From Octopus vulgaris (lineage: Eukaryota), in assembly GCA_951406725.2 (NCBI GenBank), contig OX597819.1, positions 133,486,001-133,550,000 of the forward strand: 64,000 nucleotides of DNA. The letters run 5' to 3'. The notes below the pieces were generated by a model. The model saw nothing but the letters and a program-made list of their open reading frames with translations. It had not been told where the DNA came from and made no database searches. The translations under genes were made by a program, and so were the position numbers. How positions within the stretch are numbered: the stretch's first letter is position 1; each line of letters opens with the position of its first letter. Shown here in pieces: positions 1-13,539 of this stretch.

Positions 1-1
1 A

Positions 2-378
2 CACTACCGTCAGAAATTAATTAGCACCCTTGATTTGCTCTTCACTCAAGGTATGTGCTGTCACCTAGTGGCCATATCTCGAACTATTGCTTTGTTGCGA
101 GTTGACTGTTGCGCAGAACGATGACGTAACTTTGTTTGCAGAGCAGTTTGAGAGTCTACAGCCTTATGATGTTGACATAGCAGTGCAACAACTTGGAGTG
201 CGGATGCAGACAAATCTTCCTTTGTTTAATAGATATAGGTAGCGCCTCGCAAGGACCGAAATCACACCATACTAAGTTTTCTCATCGCGTAAGACGTTTT
301 GAACAGCTCATAGGTTAATTGATTTAACCTATTTAATGTAGAAATTTGAGAAGTGCTAATTAATTTCTGACGCAAGTG
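2..378 (+). mobile_element. Non-autonomous Tc1 derivative (MITE-like internal deletion of the element at 23794-25483)
   Basis: Imperfect TIRs CACTACCGTCAGAAATTAATTAGCAC / GTGCTAATTAATTTCTGACGCAAGTG with TA at 379-380. Positions 2-325 match the reverse complement of ~25157-25483, and ~335-378 match the reverse complement of 23794-23837. Confidence 0.9.
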
Positions 379-754
379 TATATCATTCTCTTATTTATCC
401 TATACTCCGAATCCGAATATTCGCCATATTTTGACCGGTAAACAAAATAAGTTGAATGTTGTAAATATGAATTCAAAATATTTTAATTCTGATTGGGATC
501 GTAATTTGAAAGGAAGTTATTAAATTCGTGATAACATAACATGGAACAATTTGAAATTCAATAGTTTTCATGTCAATGAAAGTATAGATCTAATGGGTAA
601 GTACAAATTTATAAATTAATTTAAAGATTCCACGATGAAAATATTCTTTAAGGAAGGCAGCATCGTAGGAAAGTCATCATTATTTATCTGGTTTCATCAC
701 AAGTTTTAGGATTTCTGTCAAAATGACGCAACGTATATTTTTTGTTCTTTTATT

Positions 755-806
755 TTTTAGTTTTTGCAATCATTTGATTGCGGCCATGCTGGAGCACTGC
801 CTTAGG
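755..806 (-). mobile_element. 3' fragment of tRNA-derived SINE family 1
   Basis: catttgattgcggccatgctggagcactgcctt is the reverse complement of the SINE 3' end seen at ~23707-23745 and ~52312-52345. Confidence 0.6.
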
Positions 807-879
807 AATCTGTAAGTAATCGTTACTTTTAAATATAGAGATGTCAGTTCACTTTTTCTCCCTCACTCTTTCCCTCTTC

Positions 880-1350
880 ACGTGCCACAAAGACGGGACC
901 ATATACTTGAAGGGTTACAGACGACACATCGTCTGGATTCCCTGTGGCAGCTGCTCTACCAGATTGGTAGAGATTCTATGCAATGGTCATCAATGGCAGA
1001 AGTCCTCCTCGGATCTCATCGACGCAAGAAACAAAGACAAAATGAAAAACGAGATCGGGTCAGACAGCTCCAGACATAGAGAGAAGCGATGTGAAACATA
1101 CAGACAGAAATACGAAGAAGTACCAACCTGGTTAAATGATAAGCCAACAGAGGTGTGTAAATGGCTGCAGAGCAAAACTACTCTAAGACCCAGTACCAGA
1201 TTATAAGGGAGCTGTCTGATGGATGACGTAAAAGTAGTCAGTGAATGAAGAGTAAAGATGGGTGAATTCTTTTCACCGGTGACGAACAGCTTTAATCGTC
1301 GGTTGAGCATTTCTTCAACATCCTCAACGAATCCACTTCCCGTCAGAGCC
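880..1350 (+). mobile_element. Degenerate RTE-like LINE fragment (APE-RT linker)
   Basis: Read through stops it gives AEVLLGSHRRKK...YQIIRELS...KSKDG*ILFTGDEQL*SSVEHFFNILN, resembling the RTE linker pattern 'K.KDG.LL...EQ..RW.EHF..LLN'. Confidence 0.55.
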
Positions 1351-1469
1351 TTCCATTTTCAACTTCATATACGGAAACAATTTCATATTATTTCGACTCT
1401 AGTTCCATAAGTCTGTTTTCAATTGATCGCCAACGGTATACGAGCTGAGACTGAGACAACTCATATGTT

Positions 1470-1657
1470 CTATCTACGGCCATGCTGGGGCACTGCTTTG
1501 AAGAATCTTTCGTTGAATGTTTCGCCCCCAGTACTTATTTCTTTTCTTTTAAAACCTAGCACTTTTTCTATCGGTCGCTTGTGCCAAACCGCTAAGTTAT
1601 GGTTGTTATGCGCAGACAAATACAAAACACAAACACACATACATGCGCACACACATT

Positions 1658-1698
<41 letters not shown>

Positions 1699-1856
1699 CG
1701 CGATGGATTCGCTTCAGTTTCCGTTTACCAAATCCACTCACAAAACTCTGGTTGGTTCGAGACTACAGCAAAAGAGACTTGCCTAAAGTTTCACGCAGTG
1801 GGATTGATCTCGGATTCCTGACGTTGGGAAGCAAGCTTCTTACCGCACAGCAGCAT
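1470..1856 (-). mobile_element. tRNA-derived SINE family 1, diverged copy with internal (TA)n/(TG)n
   Basis: The reverse complement aligns with 23319-23770: GGTAAGAAGCTTGCTT head, GGATTTGGTAAACGGAAACTGAA, and CAGCATGGCCG tail. Confidence 0.8.
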
Positions 1857-3261
1857 TTTAAAGAAATGTGTTAGTCTTTATGATTAATTGTATATTTTTT
1901 AATACAATTACTAATATTTTTATTTCAAACGTAAAAAATACTAAGATTACTTGCTTGAGAACAGTATTAAATTATGATTTCCTCTTAGTCTTTTATGTCA
2001 GTTACGTGTAATTTATTGAAATTAAATATAATGAATTACTTACATGCGCATATCTTTTTATTTATCATAAATTCTGTTTATATTTTATTTCTATCTGATG
2101 GATTGAAACTATTACGTTACTATGTTACAAGGTAAGAGCTGAAATTATATCTTTTTTCTAATATCTGTAGAGCATCGTTTTATTTCATAATTTTATTTAA
2201 CTCGTGTTTTATTCGGATGATAACATATCGTAGCATTTCCAGAAATCTATTTGATTATGTCTTCATTAAATCATTTCATGCAAAAACACACGAGTAGGAG
2301 TTGTCGCATTCAAAAACAACAACAAAAGAACCCAACAAAAACAACAACATTCCATAATATAAAATATTCCAAAATACCAAATTCATAAAATGTATTTTAA
2401 AAGAAAATTAATCTTGAATAAGTTAAACAATGCGAGCAAGGAATTGTTTCATAGTTTTATAACTGTTTGGGGAAATCATGAGGATAGCAGCGAGTAATTT
2501 TGAGTCCATTAAGAACAATAATTAAAAAACATTATTTAATGAATCTCTTTTTCCTTGGAAGAATTTGTTTCCTAATATTTTGCTTTGCTTTGACAGTTAT
2601 AGGATTAAAAGTAATTTACAGATGATTGGACAGAAGAGCCTAATATAATTCGATTAATTGCACACGAATCTAACATCAACGTTGCATATTTTTTCCCTTC
2701 CAAATCAAAATAAGTTTCTCTTATTACGCAACACGGCAATTAGTTTATAAGTATAGTGAAATAATATTCACATAAAAACGATAATAATTCTTAAAATTTC
2801 TAATTAAATACAAAATGTCTGTCTCAATCAGTTTTGGAAATGATTTCTGTCGGCGAATATGATCATAACACAATCCAACAATTTTTATTTACGTTTACCA
2901 TAAATTCTCTCGTAAAACAGCAATTTTTCGATGCCATTATATTCATCCTCAATCATTTAAGGAATATTATAAAATAAGTTACTACTCGACATTTTAATAA
3001 GTAAGAGTTCGTAAATATTTCTAGTAATTGAATTTTCAAATTTTATTTCCAAAACATTATTATGTAAAATGTGTCAGTTACATATAATAACAGCATAAAT
3101 TTTGTTCAGAAGATGTGGGCACAATTACATTACTAAAAAAATATGCATTTGTTTTATGGTTACAATCAAAGAAATGCATACAGCTTCAACGGAATAAATA
3201 TATGGATATCAAATACATGTATAACCTCGCATCGATATATATATGTAAACGAATATACGTA

Positions 3262-3968
3262 CAGGGTGGTCCGAAAGTCTTATTACTCCCTACATATTAT
3301 TTATCATTGTCATTATAATCATTAATTTTGTTTTATCACAACTCCCCAAATGTAATGATTTGGGCCACCATATCGCGTGAGCACCTGATAGGACACTATT
3401 TTTTCGAGGGCACTGTCAAGCAGCAATCATACTTGGCCCTGTTAAGGAAGTGGTTTGTTCCACAGCTCCAGAGGTTGAATGTTGACCTGAATGATCGTTT
3501 GTTTCAACAAGATGGTGCCTCACCCCACTATGCTATCACTGTCCGGGAATAACTAAATGAAGTTTTTCAGGATAGATGGATGGGGCGAGGATCGCAACAA
3601 CTTCCAGCACCTGTTGATTGGCCTCTCCAGAAGTCCAGGTCTTGCGATAACGCTCTGGGGAGGTATTATTAAGGGAAGAGTTTCTCGGGAACGATACCAG
3701 ATAATCCCTCAGGCGAAGGACGCTGTTCGGACAGCTTTAGCAACAATCACCAAAGCACAGCTTCGAAATATATTACACCGTACATGGCACCGCATCATTT
3801 TGTGTCACGAAAATGATGATGCTCATATGGACCTTCTCGATGTGTGACAGCGTCAATGAAAGGAAAGCAACTAAATCCAGTTCGTGCTTCGGATTACCGC
3901 ATTACTTGTTCTTCTATTGCTCTCATCACTTTTTGGTAAAGGGGTAACAAGACTTTCGGACCACCCTG
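3262..3968 (+). mobile_element. Internally deleted Tc1/mariner-superfamily element, rosa-like (DD>40D), with C-terminal transposase pseudogene
   Basis: TIRs CAGGGTGGTCCGAAAGTCTT(A/G)TTAC flanked by TA. Peptide VMIWATIS...FQQDGASPH...RWMGRG...DWP.RSP..CDNAL contains a stop and frameshifts. Confidence 0.85.
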
Positions 3969-4067
3969 TATATATGTGTGTGTGTGTTTATGTGTGTGTT
4001 TGTGTGTTTATGTGTGTGTTTGTGTGTGTGTGTGTGTGTGCGTGTATGTGTGTATATGTATATATAT

Positions 4068-4870
4068 AACTTAGATAAAACTTAGATATGGCCTGGACTA
4101 ATTAAGTTACTCCAGGCCATGTCTAACTTGATAGGATTATTTAAATCCTGATAGGATTATCTAAATCCTGATAGGATTATCTAAATCCTTTTTAAGTCAA
4201 GTTTTGTTTATGGTCCATTCAAGTAGTGAGTTCTTGTTGAGTGAGTTGTATCCAGATATGTGTGGCTTATCTGGTATTCTTTGAAGGAATCCATCCAGAC
4301 TCCGTTTAAAGTTGATGAGATCCTGTTCCTCTTTGATCTCTTTCGGCACAATGTTAAACAGGCCATGGCCTGTTAAGGAAAAGAAATTATGCTGCAGTGT
4401 ACATGTATGCTGTAATCTTGAATTGGGCAGGGAACGTATAGCCCGTGGTCCCAGCCTTGGATGAAACTAATATTCAAGTCATTTGGGCAATACTAGCGGC
4501 ATATTCTCCACACCGTACAAATGATGTACCGCTCGCGGCGGCGCTGGAGAGAGTAGAATTTCAAGGCTTTAAGGTGGTCCCAGTAATCGAGAGCAGCCAT
4601 GCCTTCAATTCGTTTAGTGAGTGCCCTCTGGGTTGATTCAATCCTCGAGATGTTTTGTTTTGTATGGGGAGACCTCAAGGGGTAGCAGTATTCGAGGTGT
4701 GGCCGTACAAAGGAGGAGAAAAGTGGAATGATGACACCTTGTTCTCTGGACCGGAAGGTTCTTAAGATCCAGGAGCTCATCCTACGAGCTATATCGACCT
4801 TATTGTTGATGTGGGCACTCCAACTGAGATTGTTATCAACAATTACACCCAGGTCTCTGATATTATTAGA
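4068..4870 (-). mobile_element. 5'-truncated CR1-group LINE (same subfamily as 33299-35510)
   Basis: Peptide NNIRDLGVIVD...RPHLEYC...LQRRRERYIIC; near-identical to ~34725-35500; tail ATCTAAGTTTTATCTAAGTT; (TA)n on both sides. Confidence 0.9.
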
Positions 4871-5322
4871 TATATATATATTTGGGCATTCGTCGTAACA
4901 AGACGTAGTTTTCATAGCTCCGGCCAATCAGTAGGCAAAGAAACAGATTTCAACTCAAACAGCAGTAACTTTCCTTGTTTTTAGTACCAGAACCCTTGAA
5001 TTCCACTATTCTTCTATTTTACTATCATCGGAGGATAAATTTACAAAAATCTATATACAACCTGGAGAAACAAATATAAACCAAAACTAAACCCAAGATT
5101 AGTTCTAAAACTAGTCCCGTGAGTACAATTATTTTCTCTTGGTTTCTGTTAAACACACCGCTCATTCTGATTTGTACTAAATACACTGAACTCTCCCACA
5201 CATACTCAGATATAGCCACGCATTTCCGAATATATCGACACAAACTTTTCAATGGTGCATTCACTATTATACATCAAGTCATCAATAACTGACGTACAGT
5301 GTATAATACTGTCCCACTGAAT

Positions 5323-5808
5323 ATGGCCAATCTAAAAAGCCACTGGGTAGAAAACGAAATCGGTACACTGATAAACGCTTGGTACCATCACCATAACGAT
5401 TGTGTAAAAGCTAATGTCTACGGTAAAATCGCTGAATAATTAGTGTCACAATCCTTTTACAGATCTGTAAAACAAATCGAAAACAAAATAAAAGAAACCA
5501 CCATGGCAACACTAGAAGCCATACTCGTCAATGGATGTAGTGCACCAACTGACCCAACTCCATCAGGTCAGGGTCACTTCAATGACCTGCTAGCCAGCAA
5601 CAAACAACATCCTCATTGATATCGTTATCTGACCTAATTCCGCCCAGCACTACCGTGGCAAGCCAGGACTCACTACCACAACAACAACAACAGCCTGCTA
5701 CTGCTACTACATTGGAAGCACCGTGTATGGCACCACTATTTGACCTGATTCCACCCAGCCCTACTGTTGCAAGACGGGTTTCATTGCCGCTATAGCAACA
5801 ACAACAGC

Positions 5809-5845
<37 letters not shown>

Positions 5846-6312
5846 GTCTGCTACTACAATAGGAACACTGACCAACGAGCCTGCCAGTATAGAAAAACCT
5901 TTACTATGCCCATGTCAAAAACCCTGTCGTTACCATTGTCAAGGTAACTGTAGTTTTGGTCCCAGCGGCACCAACAAGGGACGCTGTGCTATTTTCCTTC
6001 CTACCTTATGCCGTAGACTTGTTCCGGGTACCTACCCTTATGGTATAACGGGAAAAAAACTGCCCTCACCTCCGCCCCAAATACTGTCCTAAATACAGAG
6101 TCCATGGCCCTGATCCTAAATATGGATGCACAAAAGGCAATGAATGCACCTTCTTCTATCCTAAACTGTGCCAAACTTCTGTGTCACTAAGGATGTGGTT
6201 GAACCCAGAATGCAACCACCACCATCTGAAGGGCACAAAACGATCGCAAAATAAATATAAACAGCAACAAAAACAAAATACAACATTTCACCTCCTACAA
6301 TCAAATTTATAG
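5323..6312 (+). pseudogene. LINE ORF1-like pseudogene: Myb/SANT(trihelix)-like domain, duplicated polyQ linker and CCCH zinc-finger array
   Basis: My translation through stops and frameshifts: MANLKSHWVENEIGTLINAW...VYGKIAE*LVSQSFYRSVKQIENKIK; (DLIPPS...QQQQQ)x2; CRYHCQGNCSFG...C; CPKYRVHG...GCTKGNECTFFYP; LCQTSVSLRMWLNPECNHHHLKGTKR. The last finger resembles ICRYSLRQRLCTNSDCIFTHLPGTRR in the LINE at 60213-64000. Confidence 0.7.
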
Positions 6313-7683
6313 CGCTTGAAATGGAACAGAACATAATGAGACATTCGTTTAGGGTATAGTAGCTGACGTATTAATACGTCATCAACTGTATTGTTTTCCT
6401 TTTACATAATGAATTAGTGTATATATAAAATCTGTGTGTGTGTAAGCATGTAAACGTATTGGTGTGCGCATATAAAGTTTAATAGGATTTATAACAAACA
6501 CAACATATTGGGAGATAATCTAATATGTCATAAAATTATTTACATGCATTTCGTTTATTTTTATCTTGTTTAGTCAGTAGACACAGGTCTCTTTTGCTGA
6601 ACATCGAAATTAATCTCATACTTTCTTTAGAACACAGTCTGTTTGTTATTTTATGCATAGTTTTGCATCTCATCTGCTGAAGACACCGACACCTTTTCTA
6701 CGTGATTTACCAATGTTACATTCCATTAAACGTTAAAATATCGTTTACTCACTTCATGACTAATTGTTTTGAGTTGTTCCTGTTCTCAATAAAGACTAAA
6801 GACGTCCTCACGAGAACAAGTATTTGTAGAATATTACTATGAGAAATAAACCTTTTTTGTATGCATGGTCTTTTTCTGCAGTTCAAGAAGCTGATTATTT
6901 GAAAAGAAAATTCCTCAGATGGATCGACACATTTCAAACTATTTTGTTGGGAAATCACTATAAACTATAACAACTGTTCATGGGACAATTGCGCCGAACA
7001 TTCCAATAACAGATGAAGAAGACAATATTAAGGACATTCGAGAGATTTCTCGGAATTACTATGAAGAGTTGACCTTACGAAGGTCTTGAAAGATCAACAG
7101 CCTACATTGATTGAATTTCTATTAAATGATTTATGGTATCAGCGATTCATAGGGAAAAGAATAAGCAATAAGTGCATGCTTTTAAATTGTGGCCATTTTA
7201 TATTATACGATAATTCTTTGTTTAAAATACAAAAATCTTGTATTTTTGCATTATTGTTGCTGGAAAAATTTCTAAATGTAAATGGATATGTGGGCGTCTG
7301 CAAGTTTTTCTCCCTTTGCTAAGTCAGCCGTTTGTATTTTTGCATAAAGAAATCTATCTTTCCTTTAGACATTTAAGCATATTTGCATTGTGTAATTCAT
7401 ATGTATGCTCTAAGCAATGGTCTTATTGTTACCCAACTAGATTCTATATCTCTCAATCATCATTTGTTTATATTTAAATATTGTTCCTGTACGCCTATTC
7501 TATACTAAATTTCGAAAATCGCTCGCAGACAGGCAGAGAGGAATTTGGGGCTTCAGCTTGTAATAAACTATAAAACACAGCTTTCACTGTTGATTATTCT
7601 CTTATCGCCCTTTTTACCTGTAAGTATTCACAAATACCCTGAAGTAACTCACGTACAGACATACAGATACATGCACGTCCCAT

Positions 7684-7741
<58 letters not shown>

Positions 7742-8419
7742 ATGTACAAATGTGTGTGTGTATGTTTGGTATGAGTGTGGGTGTTTGTATATGCATGTAT
7801 ATCTATGTATATATGTATGTGCGTGTTTGTGTGCGTCTGCGTGACAATGTTTGTATATAATTCATTTGATTGAATACTATTCGAAGATGGAATGGCAAAC
7901 ATATTTTAAGATTTATGAATCGACCATGGCTAAAATCGGAATGGCAGGTATATGAGGCACCCTTCTAAACGCTTTGCCATAGACATTCTTCTTCTATATA
8001 TAGCCTACTCGCCTCATTCGAAATGGTTCTTTATGCAAGAGTAATACCAAAACCGTTTAAACCAAAGAACACACAAACTGTGCATGATTTACGATTTCTG
8101 TGGGCTAAGAAGAAGAAGCAGTGCAACGCATATATTAAAGCGATTAATGCCACCGAGCATATCGCCTGAGACGTTATGTTAATATCATACAGACGTAAAG
8201 AAATTTCGACATGAGTGTGCGGACATAATATTCTTTCTATCGCTATGTTTTATATATCTTTATATTACAATCTAAACACGTCTTAAGAAGAAATGCTTTT
8301 ACTTTTTAGGCATCAATATTGACAAAAATTATAAACGTTCACAAATGTTTTTTATGTAATAGCATATTCACATGTTGCATATTGTTAATTTTAGCTAATA
8401 TATCATCGTCATCACCGCC

Positions 8420-8434
8420 ATTATTATTATTATA

Positions 8435-8509
<75 letters not shown>
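8420..8509. repeat. (TTA)n microsatellite, 3' flank of an R4/Dong element
   Basis: Direct trinucleotide repeat. Confidence 0.95.
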
Positions 8510-9316
<807 letters not shown>

Positions 9317-9342
9317 TAATATTGAGTACTATTATTAAGATT

Positions 9343-9555
9343 GAGAGAGCAGTGCAAACCACCAAAGTGACTCTGGGGTAAAATATACGAAGCCCAGTAT
9401 ACCCATCATGACTACCTGTCTGTTAGGGATACACCAGGGATATGCATCACAACCATAAGTGCGTGACATAGTGATTTTATATCAAGATAAACAGCGCATG
9501 ACCGTGCAGTTAGAATTTTCTTCAGGTCGAGAGTAGCCCATCCTGCTCAAAGGTC
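9343..9555 (-). mobile_element. 5'-truncated copy of the non-coding (TAA)n-associated retroposon
   Basis: Aligns with ~48115-48320 and with the reverse complement of ~32210-32429. Confidence 0.8.
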
Positions 9556-9925
9556 TTCTGCTATTTCCACGTCGATTGGTCTTCCAATATAGTTATATTC
9601 GAAACAATTCAGCAGTGTTGCTAGTTCTTCAAGTATATCCGCAGAGAGGGCGTCAATATACGTACCAATATGTGGAACAGGAACAAATGCTAAACTTAAT
9701 ATCATCTTGGCTTTTAGTGCAAAGGTAGCGTCGTTGTTCTACGTAGAAGTGTAACCCATGGCAGCTATATTTTGTGCATATTTTGTGATAAATGGAAAAA
9801 CATCCTTTTATTACAACTTCTGGAAAAGCTTCCTTCATGGCTTTAAAGGCTGCGTGTTCCAAGTCGCAAATAATAGATGTTGGGTTTAGTGTTGGCTCGG
9901 CATCTTTGAGCATTTCAAGTGTTTA
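9556..9925 (-). mobile_element. Mutator/MULE transposase fragment
   Basis: PTSIICDLEHAAFKAMKEAFPEVVIKGCF, then a frameshift to FHLSQN...MILSLAFVP...FEYNYIG, matching the MULE D.E.A...FP...GC.FH motif. Confidence 0.75.
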
Positions 9926-9929
9926 CAGC

Positions 9930-11535
9930 CTTCGCTAGATTTGAACCATTTAGCTTTCACTTCGTTAGCTTCCTCACCTTCTGATGTACTCCTTCTCAAT
10001 TTTTGTTTTCATTTCTATAGTTAGTACTTATACTCCAAGATACTTACAACACTCTCCTTCTTTCAATGATTCTAATGTCTGGTCATCTGGTAATTGGCTG
10101 CCCTCGCTGTTGGCTACCTGTCCCCTTCTCATGACTAATATCACACTCTTATCTCTGCCAAATTCCATTCCTATATCTTTGCTGAAGAATCTTTCAGTCT
10201 GTATTAAGGAATCTGTCTCTTTTCCATTATCGCTAAAAAGCTTCAGATCATCCATGTAGAACAAATGGTTAATTTTTTCCCCTTACTATTTCTGAACCAA
10301 CACCCTGCCTTTGCCGTCCTTAATTCTAAACTGAGGGAGTCAAACATAGAACAAATATTAAAGGATAACGATTCTCCTTGGAAAATTCCACTTTTGATAT
10401 TAACCTTCCCTAAAAGTGTCTCACCTGAGTATAGATCTACATTCCATTTCTTCATGCTAAAGCTAATTAATTCTCTTATGTTGTCTGCTATACTGAATAT
10501 ACTCAAACATTCACTTAAACATCAGTGTGGGATCATGTCATAGGCTTTCCTATATTCTATCCACGCTGTTGTTAGATTTCTTCTTTCTAGCTTTTACTTT
10601 GTTTAAAACTGCTTTGTCTATGTATAATAGATCATGCGTTCCTCTGGCCTTCTTTCTGCAACCTTTTTGTTTTCTGGCAGTAAATTCTGGTTGTCAAAAT
10701 GCCTGTAAATGCTTTCTGAAAGCATTCCTGTTAACAGCATCTACACTAATGGTAAGCAAGTGATTGGTCCATAGTTGCTGCTGTGTTACCCTTGCTCTTA
10801 TCTTCCATGATGAGTATTGTCTTTCCTCTGGTTATCCTGAAGTTGTCCTCTCAGCCTCCCATGTAAACTGCTAATATACGGAGTAGGGTTTCTTCTCTCT
10901 CGCTGGATGATCTTGTTCGGAATTCATGAAATGAACACTTCCAAGTCCATTTTTGGTAACTCCTGCGCTACAGCATACAGTCACCCTTCCCTCCCTTTAT
11001 GTAGAGCCTGTGTACATTTGCCTTAGGGTGGAGGGCATCATACGTTGTCATTGTCTTTCGGGTAGTGCGATCGAGTTGGTCAGCCTCCGCTTATTTCAGG
11101 ATGGGTACACTATAGATGACCACAGCAACATCCCATATATTGATAGCAGTCACAAGGTCCCTTGAGCTGGGCTTTGATTTCAAGAGAAGCTTATGACTCT
11201 TGAAATATGCTGTGCTGAACTTGTCTTTCATTTCTTTGTGCAAGATGTTCTCCAGCTCCAGGATCCCAAAGTACTTTTACCCATCATCTTCCGGGTCTTC
11301 CATTCTCCGTTTGGCAATTCTATGCTTCTACAATTTACTCATTTCCCCCGTTTCAAAGTAAGCACCGAACACTTCGAGATACTGAATTCCATCCTTATAT
11401 CCTTGCTGCACATTTGAATATTCTCAACCAGCCTCTTCATTGCAGACTCTGTTTTTGCGAACGGTTTTAAACCAGGCATGAAGAGAAGGTGGTTGAGACG
11501 AGGTTTATTCTTTCTCAGCTCCTAGTGCACGTTGA
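9930..11535 (-). mobile_element. Degenerate R4/Dong-type LINE (RT region and upstream)
   Basis: Fragments HLFYMDDLKLF, IGMEFGRDK, VNIKSGIFQGESLS and YKYLGV-like, with many stops and frameshifts. Confidence 0.75.
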
Positions 11536-11537
11536 TT

Positions 11538-11812
11538 TTACATTGGACTATAGAAAGTGGGATCAAGGCTACAACAAACAATTGAAGTGAACCAGAAGAT
11601 ACGTCCTTTGATTGTTACCTCGGCTAACTGCTGGTTGGTACAGGGAAGACGCGTTTTCCAACTAGGCATGGTGTTCTTAATCAGTGCACACACGTTCTCA
11701 GCTATTCCACACATGTCGAGAGTTTCCAAAATCCACAAATGAGGCAACATGTCGTAAGCCTTCCCAAAGTCTATCCAGGCCGTGCATAAGTTTTTTGGTA
11801 CCGTATACAGTT
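11538..11812 (-). mobile_element. R4/Dong-type RT fragment abutting (TTA)n
   Basis: KNLCTAWIDFGKAYDMLPHLWILETL...VTIKGRIF. Confidence 0.75.
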
Positions 11813-11813
11813 C

Positions 11814-11862
<49 letters not shown>

Positions 11863-11866
11863 ATTA

Positions 11867-11918
<52 letters not shown>

Positions 11919-11994
11919 CATGTGATGAAAAATTCACAGCTTATTTTTCTTGGTATGATAGAAAGTATCAGCTTTCCACAGCCTACATCATCAC

Positions 11995-12037
<43 letters not shown>
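11814..12037. repeat. (TTA)n tract (~11814-11918) and (CAT)n tract (~11986-12037)
   Basis: Direct trinucleotide repeats. Confidence 0.9.
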
Positions 12038-12038
<1 letters not shown>

Positions 12039-13539
12039 GTAACCGGCTGTTGAGTGGGTCGAGTGTGCTTTTGCAGAATCCGGTATGAAACATCCTTTTG
12101 AAATTACAATAAGTTGATATCATTTACTTTCATATTACTTTGTAAAAGGTGTATGAATATTCGAAATGCTTATTTACTCTCTCCTAAAACAAAAAAACAA
12201 ACAAGTTATTGAGTTTCTGCGTCGCAAACTATTATAAACTCGCATTCATTATTCGATGAATTCTGTGCTAATTCTTGTCAGGTAGTCGTTAAAGAGGGCC
12301 AGATTTTTAAATACATGGTAACTTTCGTAAACAATTTCCAACAGCATATTAGCTTATAGAAATACAAAGCTAAATTTAACTTGTCGGATTTAGACTATTG
12401 TAATGAAATATTTTTGCACAGTTAAGAACTGGTTAGTGTTTCTAAAGATGGCAGGTTCCATTCAAATAATTTATAGGATAAATCATAATTGTTATATTCA
12501 CTGGAAAATCTCGCCAATAATTACGGTGTCTATGCATTACGATTTGATCAAACGACAGAGGAAAAGGAATATATTTTGTTTTATAAATTAAGAAAGATTA
12601 ATATAACTTTTTTTCCTATGAAGTGAAAACATGTTTTTCTCTTCCTTGGTTAAAGCAATATTCTCTAATCGAAACAACGATGGCTAACTCTCCTCTACTC
12701 TAACATCAAAGAATCAAAGACGGAAAGAAAACTACTTAAAAGGAATCAGTACTTATGTTGTTCATCCATGGACTAAAAAAACAGCGAGTAAATAAACTTA
12801 ATAAAGCCAGTGGAAATGTCGAATTTTGTACAAAAGGATAGTTAGAAGTTGAAAGATATTAATATAAAATCAATTTTATTCTGTGAACCGTCATAATTTG
12901 TGAATCTAAAATGGCTGTTTGAAACTTCTCCTCAAGTAAATAAATAACATTTATCTGACAAAAGTCTCTTTAAGATTTAAATAGTTATTTTTTTTCTCTC
13001 TAAACATAAATTCTCTGTGAAAGATTTCGTATTTCCATCAGATTGATTTGACTTATTACTGATCTCAATTGTAGCAGAAAGTAGAACAAAATGTGTAATA
13101 AATTTATATTTAAGAAGAGATATATATCAGGAGAAAATAAAACTAACTATTGACTCTGTTATTTTTGCTCTCTGTATCTCCTTTGCGTCTTGCTCTTTTG
13201 GCTTAATAACACACACACACATACACTTATACACACACGCAAACACACACATACACTTACGCACAACCATGATATTTACTCTTTCGTTATATTTATTCAT
13301 TGATATAGAAAACCACACGCGGCTACACTCATATCAATCCATGTATAAGCGTGCTTATCTGAACTTAGGGTAGCATATCTCTGTTTTAACTTGTTTATTA
13401 CTTTCTTGTAACCAATTTATATATTAATATGTTGTTATTTACATTGTATCTGTGTATGTATACACGTTTTTACTGTTTGTATGTCTGAAACTAGATATTG
13501 CACACATAATAATGTTGATAGCATTAAATAACAACAACA

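Noticed and set aside
6870-7090. Possible host exon after TTTTTCTGCAG
   Set aside because: All three frames hit stops quickly; there is no convincing donor site and no recognisable protein.
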